A stretch of DNA of 64,000 nucleotides, from NCBI GenBank assembly GCA_002633005.1, contig NMRA01000186.1, positions 128,935 through 192,934 of the forward strand, in the 5' to 3' direction. Under the pieces are notes generated by a model, which was not told where the DNA came from, ran no database searches, and saw only the letters and a list, made by a program, of their open reading frames with translations. Below are positions 49,851 to 62,622 of the stretch, in pieces. The stretch's first letter is position 1. Each line of letters starts with the position of its first letter. The stretch is from Phoronis australis (Eukaryota; Animalia; Phoronida). The position numbers and the translations under genes were made by a program.

Positions 49851-52800
49851 ATCAAGCTCGCTAACAAAAAGTCTAGTCGTGTCTTAAACGAAGTTTGCGT
49901 ATACGAAGAACTACTACCGAACTATACTGATGTAGAATAAGGATATGAATTTTATTCATTCTATAGCAAGTATATAGCCTACGTTCACTAAAAATATGAA
50001 TGAACATAAAGTGTGCTTATCTTAGTAACTAATGGAGTTTCTATTGTTTATTGCCATGGCTTTATACATTCAGTTCCTCCACTAGCACATTTTTCAGCTT
50101 TTTAAGAATATGGGAATTAAACATAGCAATGTTGTCAAACGTTTTTGTGGTCATAAATTCTAACTTTCAACCTCAGTTTTGGTTGTAAACTGCACAGTAG
50201 ACTGTCGCTTTAAGAACTGTTGTCGTTTCTTCACCCTGCACAAGTTGACAAAAAAGTTCTGTTGTGCGGTTGCTTTGATATTGATGTTGCGTTAATATAC
50301 TTACAAATCAACGCGATTTTTAGTAAGCTCTGTTGAAATTTGAATGTGTTTGAGACAACAGTTTTTATAGAAGCGAGTTCAAAATTAAAATTACGCATGT
50401 CACCGGGCGTGCAAATGAGGATGCTCTTCCTAATGCGCAGCTGTTCATTAGATAAACGAGTTTTCATCCCTGACAACAGCGCTTGAATAGATGGAATTAG
50501 CTTAATCTGCTGCTAACATTAGTGCATTTCGTCGTTTTCTGTTGAAACTGGTCTACAGGTTGTGCTTGGAAGTTGCACTCTTTCCTGTCTCGAAGAGATA
50601 TTGGTGGCACTGGTTCGTTAATCGAGTGGATTGTCTGTACCTGATTTGTTTGTGCAAGTGTTCCTTTATTTTGTTGTGCACCTTTATATCAGCTTAAAAT
50701 CAAGGAAACACTCTAACTGCACATGCATTTAATTAAGCCCATAGGCCTACACTTGTTAAAATTCAATTCACGACAGAGACGTCGTGGCTGTGAGAATTGC
50801 ATGGATATGCAGCGTATTTTATGCTATCTGAAGAAAACGAAAAGCGCTCGACACGGAGCTTATAAATTAGTCCATCAATCTTATTCTGCCTATTCATATT
50901 CAGCGGCAATACAACACAACATTCTTCGCCATCGTGGAGCAACAGACACTGTGATCCTTGGAGGAGGGGCTTGTGGAGACTTTGGTAGCGTAGCCATTTT
51001 TTTTAAATATCGTCTTCAATGTCTTGAAAAAAAAAATGTTTAACAATTTCGTGATCATGATGTCCTCAGTATCACCTTGAGATCTACGGATGCTTCTTGT
51101 TACAGCTTTGGTAGGAGGAATTGGAATAACTCCGCGGAGCCAGTGAATTCGGTATTTTCCAGAAGCAGACCGTGAACACTGTCTGGTTTGTAATGAATTG
51201 CAGATCTAACGATGGTCTCTTCGACATCAGTATCGGTTGTCTCGATCTTGGTTTCTGTGGCTAGTTAGCACTGCAAGCAGTCGGCATAGGATCGCCTCTC
51301 TCCAGTAACTGGGGCTCTGCGGTTTCACATTCGTAGTTCGGCTCAACTTTTTCGATTTTTATCGCCTTCTTCATCTCGCGTTCGAGGAAAACGTGATGGG
51401 GTGCGTTGGTTTGTGGATAGTGCAGTTTGCCTCTTTAAGGCATAACACCTCACCCCATAGGAACGCAAGTCTTTTATATATCCATCGTAGACTTCTTTCA
51501 GTTAAATATCAGGCTCCGCTTCATTGAGGGCGATAGCAGCGTCCAATACTTCGGCCAACCATTTTTCATCATCAATGTTTGTACAATTTTCTGCGTTACC
51601 GAACATGAAGCTCCACGCAAAAGATACTACTTTTGTAGTCATTCTGAAGAAATACAGGTAACGCACCACACTAAATGCAATGTCATATCTTCCAGCTAAT
51701 TTTCTAATTACCTGGTAGCCATTTGTTGGTCCATTATATAAATGATTAATTAGTGATTACGTAATTACGTACAATGTACGCGTCAGCACAACGTCAAAAA
51801 TCAATGACGTCAAATGCCGAAAAAATCCCAAAGTTTGCGAACTTTTTGTATGATAGAAGATATATTGTGAAAATAACACCTCTTCGACTGCAACTGGTTC
51901 ATTATGAAAATTGGTTTTATTTTGTCGACCAACTATTTTTGGGCAATTTCTTAGTTTTTAATAACAATTTTCAACAAACATTAAGCAACTTTTAAGGATG
52001 CATAGTCTCATTAAATAGTGAATACGCAAATGAAGTAGTAATTTACAAACAACCGCGGGTACTCCAGTGTGCCGGAAACCACCAGAGAACTATTTACCCT
52101 TACCGGCAATGTCGAGAAAGTCGGGTTTCTCTGGACTATTTTTATGTAAGTGAGTTATCCTCGTTCCTAATCCTCATGATGGCGCCAATCGGTATAATCC
52201 TCAAGCCCGCTGATTGGCCGTTGAAGACGTTCACCGCTAAAAGTAAAAAGCGACACAAGAAACATTCAAACACTTGAATATCTGAATACTTAAAAATCAG
52301 TTCTTGAAGAGTCTTGTCCATACTTCTTCGTTGTGATTTTTTTTACAAAAACTAATTCAGGTCCAAACAAAGATGCTACTAACCGTATTTTCACAGGCGC
52401 TGTTTTGATACCATTCGTGATTCGGAAGCAGAAGATACCATTTTCGTTATTGTTTGAAATGAAAGGTGATCGCGTACTTATAAGCACCATAGACTCATTA
52501 TCCTGCTTTCGAAATACCCAGTCAACCAACACTAACCTTGAGCGTTACAGCCGTTTAGACAAACCAGTCTAATAAACGTGATTTCCCTGCATAATTTCCG
52601 CCTTTTGTAACAAAGAAAAGTCTTGGTTTATGAGATTATTGAATGGTTATGATGAATTTTGGAAACATCTGTTGTTGCTGCGTGATCCGTTGAAAACGTG
52701 ACTCTTTACTGTTTGGAGATGCGTTTATAGCACTTGTGCAAAAGGCACTAAGAATGTATTTTGGTCTTTACTTACGTAGCTCAAATTATGTGTTTGGATG

Positions 52801-53961
52801 TTGATGACTTACCTTACATTCCAGTCTGGTAAAATAGTAACATATTAATAGATAACAATGAAAGGTTTTATAGCCAGTGGTTTAAATATAATTACTCATG
52901 TTTGTAATTTGTTAGATATTGATGGAACATGAAGACTTATCAGTCGTTTTGTATTATAGGTATGATTTTTCTTCACCTTTCACTCTGTTTTATGGTCTCA
53001 CGAAGGCAATTTCCAATTTGAAAAAAGGATAACAGGTAACGTCTTTTAATGTTAGTCTCCGGCAGTTGTACTTGTAAGTTTACCGAAAATAAAACAAGCA
53101 TATTCTCATTTAATTAATTCTATTTATACAAAGCCAAAACATAAGTGGGACACTGACTTTTGTGTCGATGCATCCTTTGAATGGTGGGGAAAGGTGTATA
53201 CTTATTCTTAACAATTTACTAGTGACAATAGATTGCGATGCCACGGTAGTAGACTGTCACATTGAACAAACACGTCTCAACTGCAGTTAAAACGTTGTAG
53301 CATTTAAAGTGCGTTTTTATATGAGGACGTGAACAAACTGTTATTGTAAACGTAAGTCGTTCTTGAAAATAAAATTTGTAATGAGTTTTAAAATTGTGTA
53401 ATTTAGATATTAACTGTTCCTGTACTCACACAGAGTAACTATGGGTATCCACTTCTAGTAATGCAAGGGTCTATGTATGACCACGCTTCAATCTGGTGAC
53501 CGTTCGCGTGAACTACTGCCGCTGTAGCATCAAATCTATCCTAGTTTTAAACAAAATAGTGCTTCTATCTTGCAATCAGGAAAACGCGCACGGTTTTGTC
53601 GAACATATAACCTTTCAAGCAAGAATATTCTCCTGACACACTATGCATGCCATCGCCTTGGGGAATGGGATGTTTTTAATTAAAACTAAAACTATCGCGA
53701 GTCACCTGGCAACAAACATGAAACCTGCGCATTTGAATTCAAAATGATGGCCATGAATCAAAATAAAAAAGCGAAAATGCGGTGGAAAACCGGATGCGGA
53801 GGTAGACGAGCGAAAAATTCTAACAAAAGTAAGAAACACATTTCAAATTTTGAAAACAAGCGCAACTCAGTTATTGCAGTTAGATAACAGGTGCAAGCAA
53901 ACAGGAAATTGCAATAGAAATGTGTTTAACAAATAGAAATAGCAGTTACAGTTGTAGGTCT

Positions 53962-54111
53962 CAGTGGCAGATTTAGAGGGGGCCATGGCCCCCCTAAAAT
54001 TCTCCCAGATTCCATTTGGCAGTTCGGGGATACGCATCATGTCTGACGGGCAAAATGCTGGCTAATACTCTACCCTGGCCCCCCTTACTCAAAATCCTGG
54101 ATCCGCCCCTG
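53962..54111. mobile_element. hAT-like MITE with 5-bp TSD
   Basis: CAGTGGCAGATTTAG...CTGGATCCGCCCCTG; GGTCT on both flanks; same TIR type as 20679-23635. Confidence 0.8.
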
Positions 54112-56162
54112 GGTCTTACCAGAATGAGTAAAACAACCAAATGAAGACTTAATTTGCATTTATTTCGAGACACTAAAAAGTACATTTAATACAATGCACA
54201 AAACAAAGATTTTATTTGACAGCTTACATTAGTAAGTACATGCCCTTCTGAAAACAAATGTCAAGGTCTGCAGAGGACAGTTGGTATTTGATTCAGTAAA
54301 CAGTGACAGATCTAGGACATCATGACAGGGGCAACACAAGAGCACACACAAAAGTATACGCCCACACGATTAGTTGCAACGTAGTTTCACAGTAACAACC
54401 ATTATCCTAAGGTGACTGAGCACGAACATACATGCCTGTATCTATGCCCCCTTCGCCTGAATGCGAAGGTGTACCGATATCTGGATTTAGGTGAATGCTC
54501 TTACATAAGTGCCCTTGTCACGGCGGGTCAGTCATGCACCGAGCAGTGATTTCAAACACTACCAAACTGTCGGCACCCCTAACGAGGAAAACACTCCTCA
54601 TCTGAGGAAGGTACACTTTAATAACAGTTTTATAGTCGTACGTAGTCAACATCAAAAGTTCTCTCTTTGACTAACCATAGCAACCTGAAGCATTGACATG
54701 CACCCATAGTGCACTTCCAGCATCACAGACGGCATATTCCTATGCCTATCAGTTTCATGCAAGGCACAAAGAGAAAACAACTTCACTACAAGTGGTAGCT
54801 TTTAAAACCAACATTAAATAAAGAAGTTTTAAAATAAAGTTTTCAACATTTGCAACAAAGTAGTAAAACATGTCACTGAGGGACATAGCACTAGGCATTC
54901 AACAATTAGCAGGTCTAATCTATTTCTTTTCATAAAGAACAATCCTGAGGTTTGATAGACCCAAACTAGATAAACACAAAATGGCATAAGGGGCATAGCA
55001 CTAGCTGAAATCTGTTCAAAACTGGTAGCTGTCCTCCTCACCAGAATGGAACAGGTGCCAGGGGGTGCTAAAGAAGTTAAATCTGCCGAAAAATCAACTG
55101 GTGGAAGCACACTGCCGTCACATGCCTCTGTGTCAATGGGTTCCCTAGATATCATCCACAACTGCTCTTCCCAAAAATGCTGGAAAGCCCCACTTCTCTT
55201 ACCCTGGGGGACCGACTAATAAGTAGCATACACCGTTCTAGTGGTGCCTAACAAACTTGAGCCAAATTTAATCAAGACCCAACTAGGGGTTTTTCAAATA
55301 ACAGCAGACACATGTGAGTGCATAAAAATTATACAAAGAGTAAAGTGACAGTTTATTCTGGAATATATTATTCTGAATAACATATCTGAACTCCTCCACT
55401 GATTAAAGTGTTCTTGTAATAAAAAAACATATGAGAATAGCAGAAAACATACTACAGGAAAAAATATCATTTACAACCAAAAACCAATTTCCAAATTATT
55501 CTTCACACAAAATCAAACTGTTGCTTAACATGGCACTCATTGCACAACATTCAAATTTGATGGAAAGCCTTAATCAGCACACACAAGCACCATAACACAG
55601 GGGCATAATGTGGGCTAAATTTTACTTAAGATTGTGGAAAATTTGCCCCATCTGATGCTTGGTAAAACCTTGTAAGGCAAATTGATTGCACACTCCCACT
55701 GTCGAAACACTGCTAAATATTCACACCAAGCTGCAACTCAGCCAAAATAGAACTGAAACACTCAACAAATAATGTTTAGATCTTAAAATTATCACATGTC
55801 GAACTAAAGCCAAATCAAATACCATGACGATCTTTCAAGGCATTCAAGGTTTTGTAGGACCCTAGAAAAATTAGTGAATGAAAAATCTCATCAGTTTAGG
55901 ACAGTATGATGCACACGGCGCTTCGTTTCATTTCTTTCCAAAAAAGACAAATAGCACCAAATTCATGGAAATTTCAACGTTCACAACAATGTATAAGCCT
56001 TCAGAATTCACTGGCAATTAATTTTGTGTGAAACTGGTGCATTTTTACCATATTATATAATAAGTCATTTTTAAAAATGCGTGTTCACACAACATTTTAA
56101 ACATCATGAAATGTATAACAAGTCTGCAAAAACAGTATGACAAAAGCAGGACAGCTACCTAA

Positions 56163-56328
56163 CATACACGTTTTCTTGAATATTTAAATATTAGTTAAAT
56201 GCCCCATGTCATATCTAATATACACATGTTTTCTCGAATATTTAAATACTAGTTAAATGCCCCATGTCATATCTAATACACACGTCTTTTTGAATATTTA
56301 AATACTAGTTAAATGCCCCATGTCATAT
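56163..56328. repeat. Minisatellite of about 58-59 bp, 3 copies, in the beta-galactosidase 3' UTR
   Basis: Unit includes GAATATTTAAATA.TAGTTAAATGCCCCATGTCATAT. Confidence 0.9.
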
Positions 56329-56369
56329 TCAAAACAATTATTACACTGTCTTTCTGATGAGTAGTTTCT

Positions 56370-56675
56370 TCAAAATAAAATTAGTCGGAATAAGCGCAAT
56401 AAGAGATGAACAAACAAAGATGCATGGTCACGCCAGGATCGAAGTCCATGTTCTGACTGTGAACCCGCTGCCTCACGAGCAACTGGTCCATCTAAAACTG
56501 GCTTGTCAGTCAGATTCACTGTGCAAGACTGTTCACTTGGATTGCCCTCAAACTCTACCATCATCAGAGAATTCTTGCCAGACTTCAACACAGGGGCTGG
56601 AACATACAGCGTCACCTGAGGACCAGCCTTCGGCCAATATCGCCCCAGGTTGAAGGAGTTGACAAAAGCAACGCC
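56370..56675 (-). CDS. GLB1: GH35 beta-galactosidase, terminal exon
   Basis: GVAFVNSFNLGRYWPKAGPQVTLYVPAPVL..N.LMMVE.E..TDKPVLD after a TTTTTACAG acceptor; no upstream exons seen in the window. Confidence 0.88.
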   Translation of the reverse strand, partial: GVAFVNSFNLGRYWPKAGPQVTLYVPAPVLKSGKNSLMMVEFEGNPSEQSCTVNLTDKPVLDGPVAREAAGSQSEHGLRSWRDHASLFVHLLLRLFRLILF

Positions 56676-57304
56676 CTGTAAAAACATGGACGACAATTGT
56701 TCAAAAACACACGGTACTTACAGTATTTGTCCAGGTTAATGCCCAGACACTGGCCTTCAGCTAAAGGGTGTCCAGGGTATCCAAATGGGCAACCTGCCTG
56801 AAATTTAGATACCTTAGATAGGACACTCTGTTCAACAAGTAAAATTGGCATCTCTTTGTACTTGCCTGCAACAGCTCTGGGAGCTCATTGGCTATCACAC
56901 ATGCCTTATTTCATTTTTAACCAGCAGAACAAGGTAAAATGCAACCTAAGTGACTACCTGAATAGTTACCCAAAGCAGTGATCACACCAATGTGCTGCCA
57001 AATTACCACAAATTTGCGGCAAACAAAATACCTATGGCGCAAGATGTACATCAAACGATTCCAGTTTTTCAACTCGGCTTAAGTCTTGCCCAGCAGAATT
57101 TGAGACTGGATCTATAACAGATCTCCCCTTTTATGACCCCACAACAACAAAGGGTTGTATGCCTGGTTTTTGAATTTTCAATTTACACGAGTTCTAAACT
57201 CACACTGACAATACAAGCAACAGACCTGAATGATATACCACTTTATGGAAATTATCAAAAATTAACCTCACCTAAAATATCGCCTGTAAACTCACCCCTG
57301 AATG

Positions 57305-57873
57305 TTAATTTTGCACTACATGGACAGACGGAGAAACGCTTATTCTATGACGGCAGTTCAGGGCTGTCAGCAACTGTGGATATGGGGTGACGAAGACCAC
57401 GGGAACAATAAGAAACAACAGCTGATGAAAAAAGTAGAAGACGCTGAGTACCATAATTCTGGCTTCTGGTGCTAGTACGGAAAGAAGGCCGCGGATAACA
57501 AACAACAGAGTCACTGGTACAAAGACAAGTACAAGTGAAGGAATGGTCTTTTTGGCTATCACGATGTTAGAGTTGCGGAATCTTCCTGTAGTGCTGCTGT
57601 TGAACGGCATAACACGAGTAGTTGTGAAGATACGAAAATAACAGAAAGGAACCACGGTGACCAACGGTATGTATGTCAGTGAAATTAAGAAGCTTGCTGA
57701 GATGACGGCCTTGTTTAGCATGCACAAGTGAGAGCCTACTTCTACAGTGAACAAGACGGATGGAGGCTCGCCAGCAATGACATCGGCTAATGGGTCTAGA
57801 CTTATGCACAACAGAGTGACCAGTACATGGACCCATACAACCAGAGTTAGCTTCATAGCATATTGCACATTAC
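57305..57873 (-). pseudogene. Divergent rhodopsin-class GPCR, TM4-TM7 half
   Basis: LVVWVHV (TM4 Trp), YIPLVTVVPFCYFRIF (TM5) and two further hydrophobic helices. Confidence 0.75.
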
Positions 57874-59001
57874 CCATTACCAGCAATTTGTAAACTAGGT
57901 CATCCGCCAGGTTCTCTGCGTAAACTAGGTCATCGCTTATGGACCAGTTAGCGCTTCACTCTCCGCGTGTTTACTGGAGAGAAGCACCCAGGAAGGTTGT
58001 ACTACATTTTGTAGCCCAAAATTACCAAAGTTCAAATATATTCCGTTGAAAAGGAAAGACAAAACATATCATTACAGATGTCTGACCAATATCATGAGTC
58101 ACTACTCGTAAGCAAATCAAAACTGTCCTTACTCCGGCGTTGCCTTATCTCGCACTACCCGTCAATCGACAAGTTTTCAATTCGCAATGCAAAAATACAA
58201 TTCTCATAAATTCAACTTGTAATAACCCCTTTCAATTTTAAACCATGCCCGAAGTACTCGGAAACAAATTATTGTTAGGTACAACGAGGCTTTTTTCTCT
58301 GAAGTGGATCGTAAACACCTCAGGTGACTGAGTTTTATGCACATAGCTACTTTGGCCTAGAGCTGAATTCTTAGCTCCCATACTATGGGCCGGGCCGGTC
58401 AAGGCCCAATCCCTACTTAAGCATTGGAATCAAACTGTTATATATAGAGAAAACTTTTATTAGTATACTGGTGTGAATATTATCAGTGATTTAACCAAAA
58501 ACTTCGAATTAACTAGACCCACTAATGATAGTCTATGACAAAAAACTGATATCAAAAGGCCAAAATTGGCAATTTTCGGCGACCCCATGTTAAATACAAA
58601 ATTTTGTCTAATTTTCTTCAAAATTCTACATTTCAATCTTGATTTTACTGACATCTGTTGGGTCTATCGGCAACTAACCGCACATGAAAGGCTTGGTCGA
58701 AAATTATCGTTTTCTCACATGCACTTTCGGGTTTTTAGCGGCGATTCCACTGATCGAAGCGACAAAATAAGCCAAAACTTTGGCCATACCATGTTAAACA
58801 TAAAATTTTTTCCAATTCTGCTGAAACTTGGCCACGTTCTTAACAAAATACTTATCTATGTTATGTGCTATCGGCAAATGTGATTGATTCATAAATATGA
58901 CACTCACGCTGTGTTTTCTGCGAATCCCATGTATTCTGAAGGTGGCTAACTGAGTGATTTTCGCGCATGCGCAATTCACGGTTTCAATATTGCTGGTAAT
59001 G
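57874..59001. mobile_element. TIR element inserted in the GPCR ORF
   Basis: CATTACCAGCAAT / ATTGCTGGTAATG termini; second copy of the left part at 63567-64000. Confidence 0.85.
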
Positions 59002-59386
59002 CATGGCGCAGTTGATAGTAGTTCGGTTGATGGACAGCCAGGTAGCGCACGATGCTGATTATGACGAAGACAGAGAATAGTCCAGTCCTGCCTAAGATTT
59101 TCACAACCCCCAGTGTAGTGATCAGCCACCAGAGTGTGTGGTCTCCAATCACAAAGAGTAAAGGACACATTCCAATTTGATAAAGGGCACAGAAGAGACA
59201 CAGCTGAGTAAGTAACACAAATGTTAAGCGACAGCGCATGTACCGTGACTTCACCACTGTTGTGATCACGTACACATTTTGCGATATCCCGACCGCTGTT
59301 AACAACAGCCGGCCATACAGTAGACACTTCATACCAAGTGTCAGGTCTTCTACAGAACTTTCCTCACTCAATGATGTGTTATTCAT
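59002..59386 (-). pseudogene. Divergent rhodopsin-class GPCR, N-terminus to ICL2
   Basis: MNNTS (N-glycosylation site), TM1 GISQN, TM3 end ISIVRYLAVHQP..Y (DRY-like). Confidence 0.78.
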
Positions 59387-59742
59387 AATGTTTGACAAAA
59401 TGCACGTAAAATATAGACTGAAGTAGAAGCAACAAAACTACAATTTCGCCAGGCAGGCAAGTCTCCACAAACTATTACGACTAGGGTCTAATCAACAATC
59501 TACTGTCAATGTGTTGCCGAGCGCATCAGTTAAGCGTACCAATTACATTGTTGTCTTTCACCTTATATGTGTCTGCTGTACATAATCAGCCAATCAAAAC
59601 AACACCATGCAGAGAATATCCACGCACGTCTCTATACGCCACTAACTTTAACCTTGTAGGCGGATCACGAGCAAATCATTCCAGTTACAAACTTTAAATG
59701 AAATAAAATTCTTTCAACGTACAATCATATGTTTCTATGATC

Positions 59743-59935
59743 TATACACCTTATTGACATAATCGCCATATTACAAAGAGCCTCCTTTTAGGTTAAAAAA
59801 AAACATCTCGTGCTTAATCACAGTGCAAAACGTGATTTTTTCGCATGCTTCATTACACTTGTCTCAAAAGCTTTGTTATTTAAACCTAAAAAGAGGCTCA
59901 TTTTTAAAATGGCGACTGCTTGAATAAGGTTTATA
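59743..59935. mobile_element. Palindromic MITE with TA flanks
   Basis: ACCTTATT..TCGCCAT..GAGCCTC.TTTTAGGTT mirrored at the right end. Confidence 0.7.
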
Positions 59936-62109
59936 CTCAGGTGGAAATAAAAGAAAGTGAGTCTTTAAACTAAAATTACAAAAACAAGATCATTATACAC
60001 ACGAGAAAATGTCAAGTTCTCCCACTTCAGGTTTTTACAGAAAATGGCAAATAAAGTTGTCCAACTTCAGGACAAGAAATCCCAGAAACAGCCAACCTGA
60101 TTCAAATCAAGCTTAAATTATAAAAATACTCTGATCTTCAAAGTGTTTTCAGGTTTTCACAAAAATAGTCCGTGTTACGTTGCAAATTTAAATTCATTCT
60201 GCTGTTGACTTTCAGAAAACACACTCCATATGCTGCCTCTAATTCTGACTTTCTTCGTAATTTACACTGGTTTCTATGGTTACTCATAGCAAAACCAAGC
60301 CAAATTCTGTAATTAGACACAAAAGTTGCAAATTAGCCTGACACATAGTGTCAAATATCTTCATGTCCTTAAGTCGTGCACCTTAGTATGTGATCGTGAG
60401 TCTTTCAGATAGAGAGTGCAGCTACATTTAATTTATGTTAATTTGCACACCTTTGAAACACATCCTATGATTGAGTCACATTTTGACTCAGTAGCTTAAA
60501 TGGTGCTTACTCATTGACATAAAAAAATTTATTCTCTAAAATATACAACTGTGTGTTTCTAAGCGTAAAGTAATCGGACTCCCAAGCAAGGGTTTACGCA
60601 GCGACCGTCTGTTGGACCATAGACGAGTATCTATGGTTGGACGGCCAGAATTTTATTTTGGACGTGTTCGACAGGATCTGCGTCGGCAATATTTAAAAAA
60701 GCTTGAAATGATGACCCGGCACTTTCTCAATATTAACGGCTGGTCGGCAGTTGCTCAAAGAAATAGGGGATCAGTAATTACAGAAATGAGAAATTTAATA
60801 CACAAAAAGTGCAGTTTTCAATATTTCGCGCGCCCCGTGACACAGATCGGTGTTAGCGGCAGCTCAACATACGAATCAATAAAAACGCTTTCGACGCGTT
60901 TCTTTGGCTGATCCAATATTTGTGATTGCACCCTGTGAAAATCTGGCAAGCCGTTACACCTCTTCACTGTGTCTATCCCCAAAGTTTGCGTTTCCGGGGG
61001 GAGTAATTCCGGGATTTTGCACAGCCAGTGTCATCTGCGGTTTCCGTATTGACATGCGCATTCTACATACTTAATCATGTCGTCTGCCGCACAAAGGCCT
61101 GAAGAATTCGAGGATTATTTTACAAAACGAGAGATGTTCCAGAAACGACATTGATTTAGGTGCTAGTAGACACAAATAATCCAGCTACAGATACGTAACG
61201 TGGTGATAACGCGGCCAGTCAACGAAGCGCAAATACCCGTGCAATTAATGAACGATGCCGAACCTTTCAATCAACAAAGTACCAACAAGTTGCCGACGTC
61301 TTCGGACATCGGGATTTTTACAATTCGCTCCAAACTTGAGAATAGACTGTCTTTGTGAACAGGAAGAATGGACTTGTGACAATCTTGAAAATGACATAGT
61401 TGCTAACGTTCGACAATCCAGTCGATATCTATTGAAATTGATTTCTACTTGCTCTCCCGTCCAAATAAATGGAAAAACACACGTGAATCGGTTTGTTTAT
61501 TATACCTAATTAGATATTCAAGATGGTTAACGTAGTCGTGGTCGTGAACTCGAATGTTGGGCAATTCTGCGAGAAATCTCAATTTCTGGCCGTGTAAAAT
61601 TTTGGATGTAGCCTACAGACTTTTTGACGTCGAATTCTGACTAACATTACGAGGGTATTGACTGTGCAAGACATGAGATTGAGAGAAAACAAAGGCTCGA
61701 ATGTCAGGAACATTTATGATAAAAATGGGACTCGTTTTACCAAGACACTTTATTGTCTTTATTCAGACTGTCGGCTTCGTGGAAGACTGGACGTTCCTTC
61801 TGAAATCTTTACCTCCTTGTTAGTTTTTGGACTTAGTCAACATTGTCATCTCTAGTATGAATGTCACATTGTTTTTGAGTAAAATGATACCGCTTAGTGT
61901 TTGAAACACGTCTATTTAGACTTCCATTTAAAGTTATTGAATAAACGAATGGTCTTTGTTTTAGCAATGACGCTTTTATTACACTTCACTGTACTATGTT
62001 ATGGCATGAGTGGATACACCACTGCAGAAATTAAACTATGCTAATGTTCAGTTTAAAATTTTTTTTGAAACAATTACTTAAAGCGGTGGTAAGTCGGACA
62101 GAATTTGCT

Positions 62110-62580
62110 TCTTTGCACTATTATTCCTATCTATATCATTAGATTTTGCACTTCCTATTATTTCCATCTGCCGTTACTTGATTTTACGCAAATTCGTAAT
62201 CAATGTTATTCCAGTCAAAACTATTTTTAATTTTCCACAAATTTCCCGTCTATATCATTATTCCCTAGAATTTGCTGTTTTGCATTATTATTCCCTTCTA
62301 TATCATTATTAGGTTTTAACTAAGTTTGTAATCAATATTATTATTCCAGTCTATACTATGTTTAAATTTCCACAAATTTGACGTCTATACCATTATTCCA
62401 TTCTATACTATTATTAATTTTTTCCGACAAATTTCCGGTCTATACTATTATTCTACTTTTCTAGTGCCAAAAATGTTGGGTCTATACTATTATTAGAGTC
62501 TCTACTATTATTAAAAATCGTGAAATTTTCCAGCCTATACTATTATTGCTGTCTCTACTACTATTCGGAACTCCAGAGTA
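62110..62580. repeat. Degenerate tandem repeat (CTATACTATTATT), probably a transposon subterminal array
   Basis: About 10 variants of the motif, ending ATTCGGAACTCCAGAGTA. Confidence 0.65.
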
Positions 62581-62622
62581 TGCCTGTTGGTTCCCTAGAT
62601 ATCACCTGGAAATGCTCTTTAA

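Noticed and set aside
56612-56851. Possible penultimate beta-galactosidase exon
   Set aside because: No DT(F/Y)...GW.K motif as expected before GVAFVN
60612-61855. Several 65-99 aa ORFs
   Set aside because: No recognisable motifs or consistent splice structure
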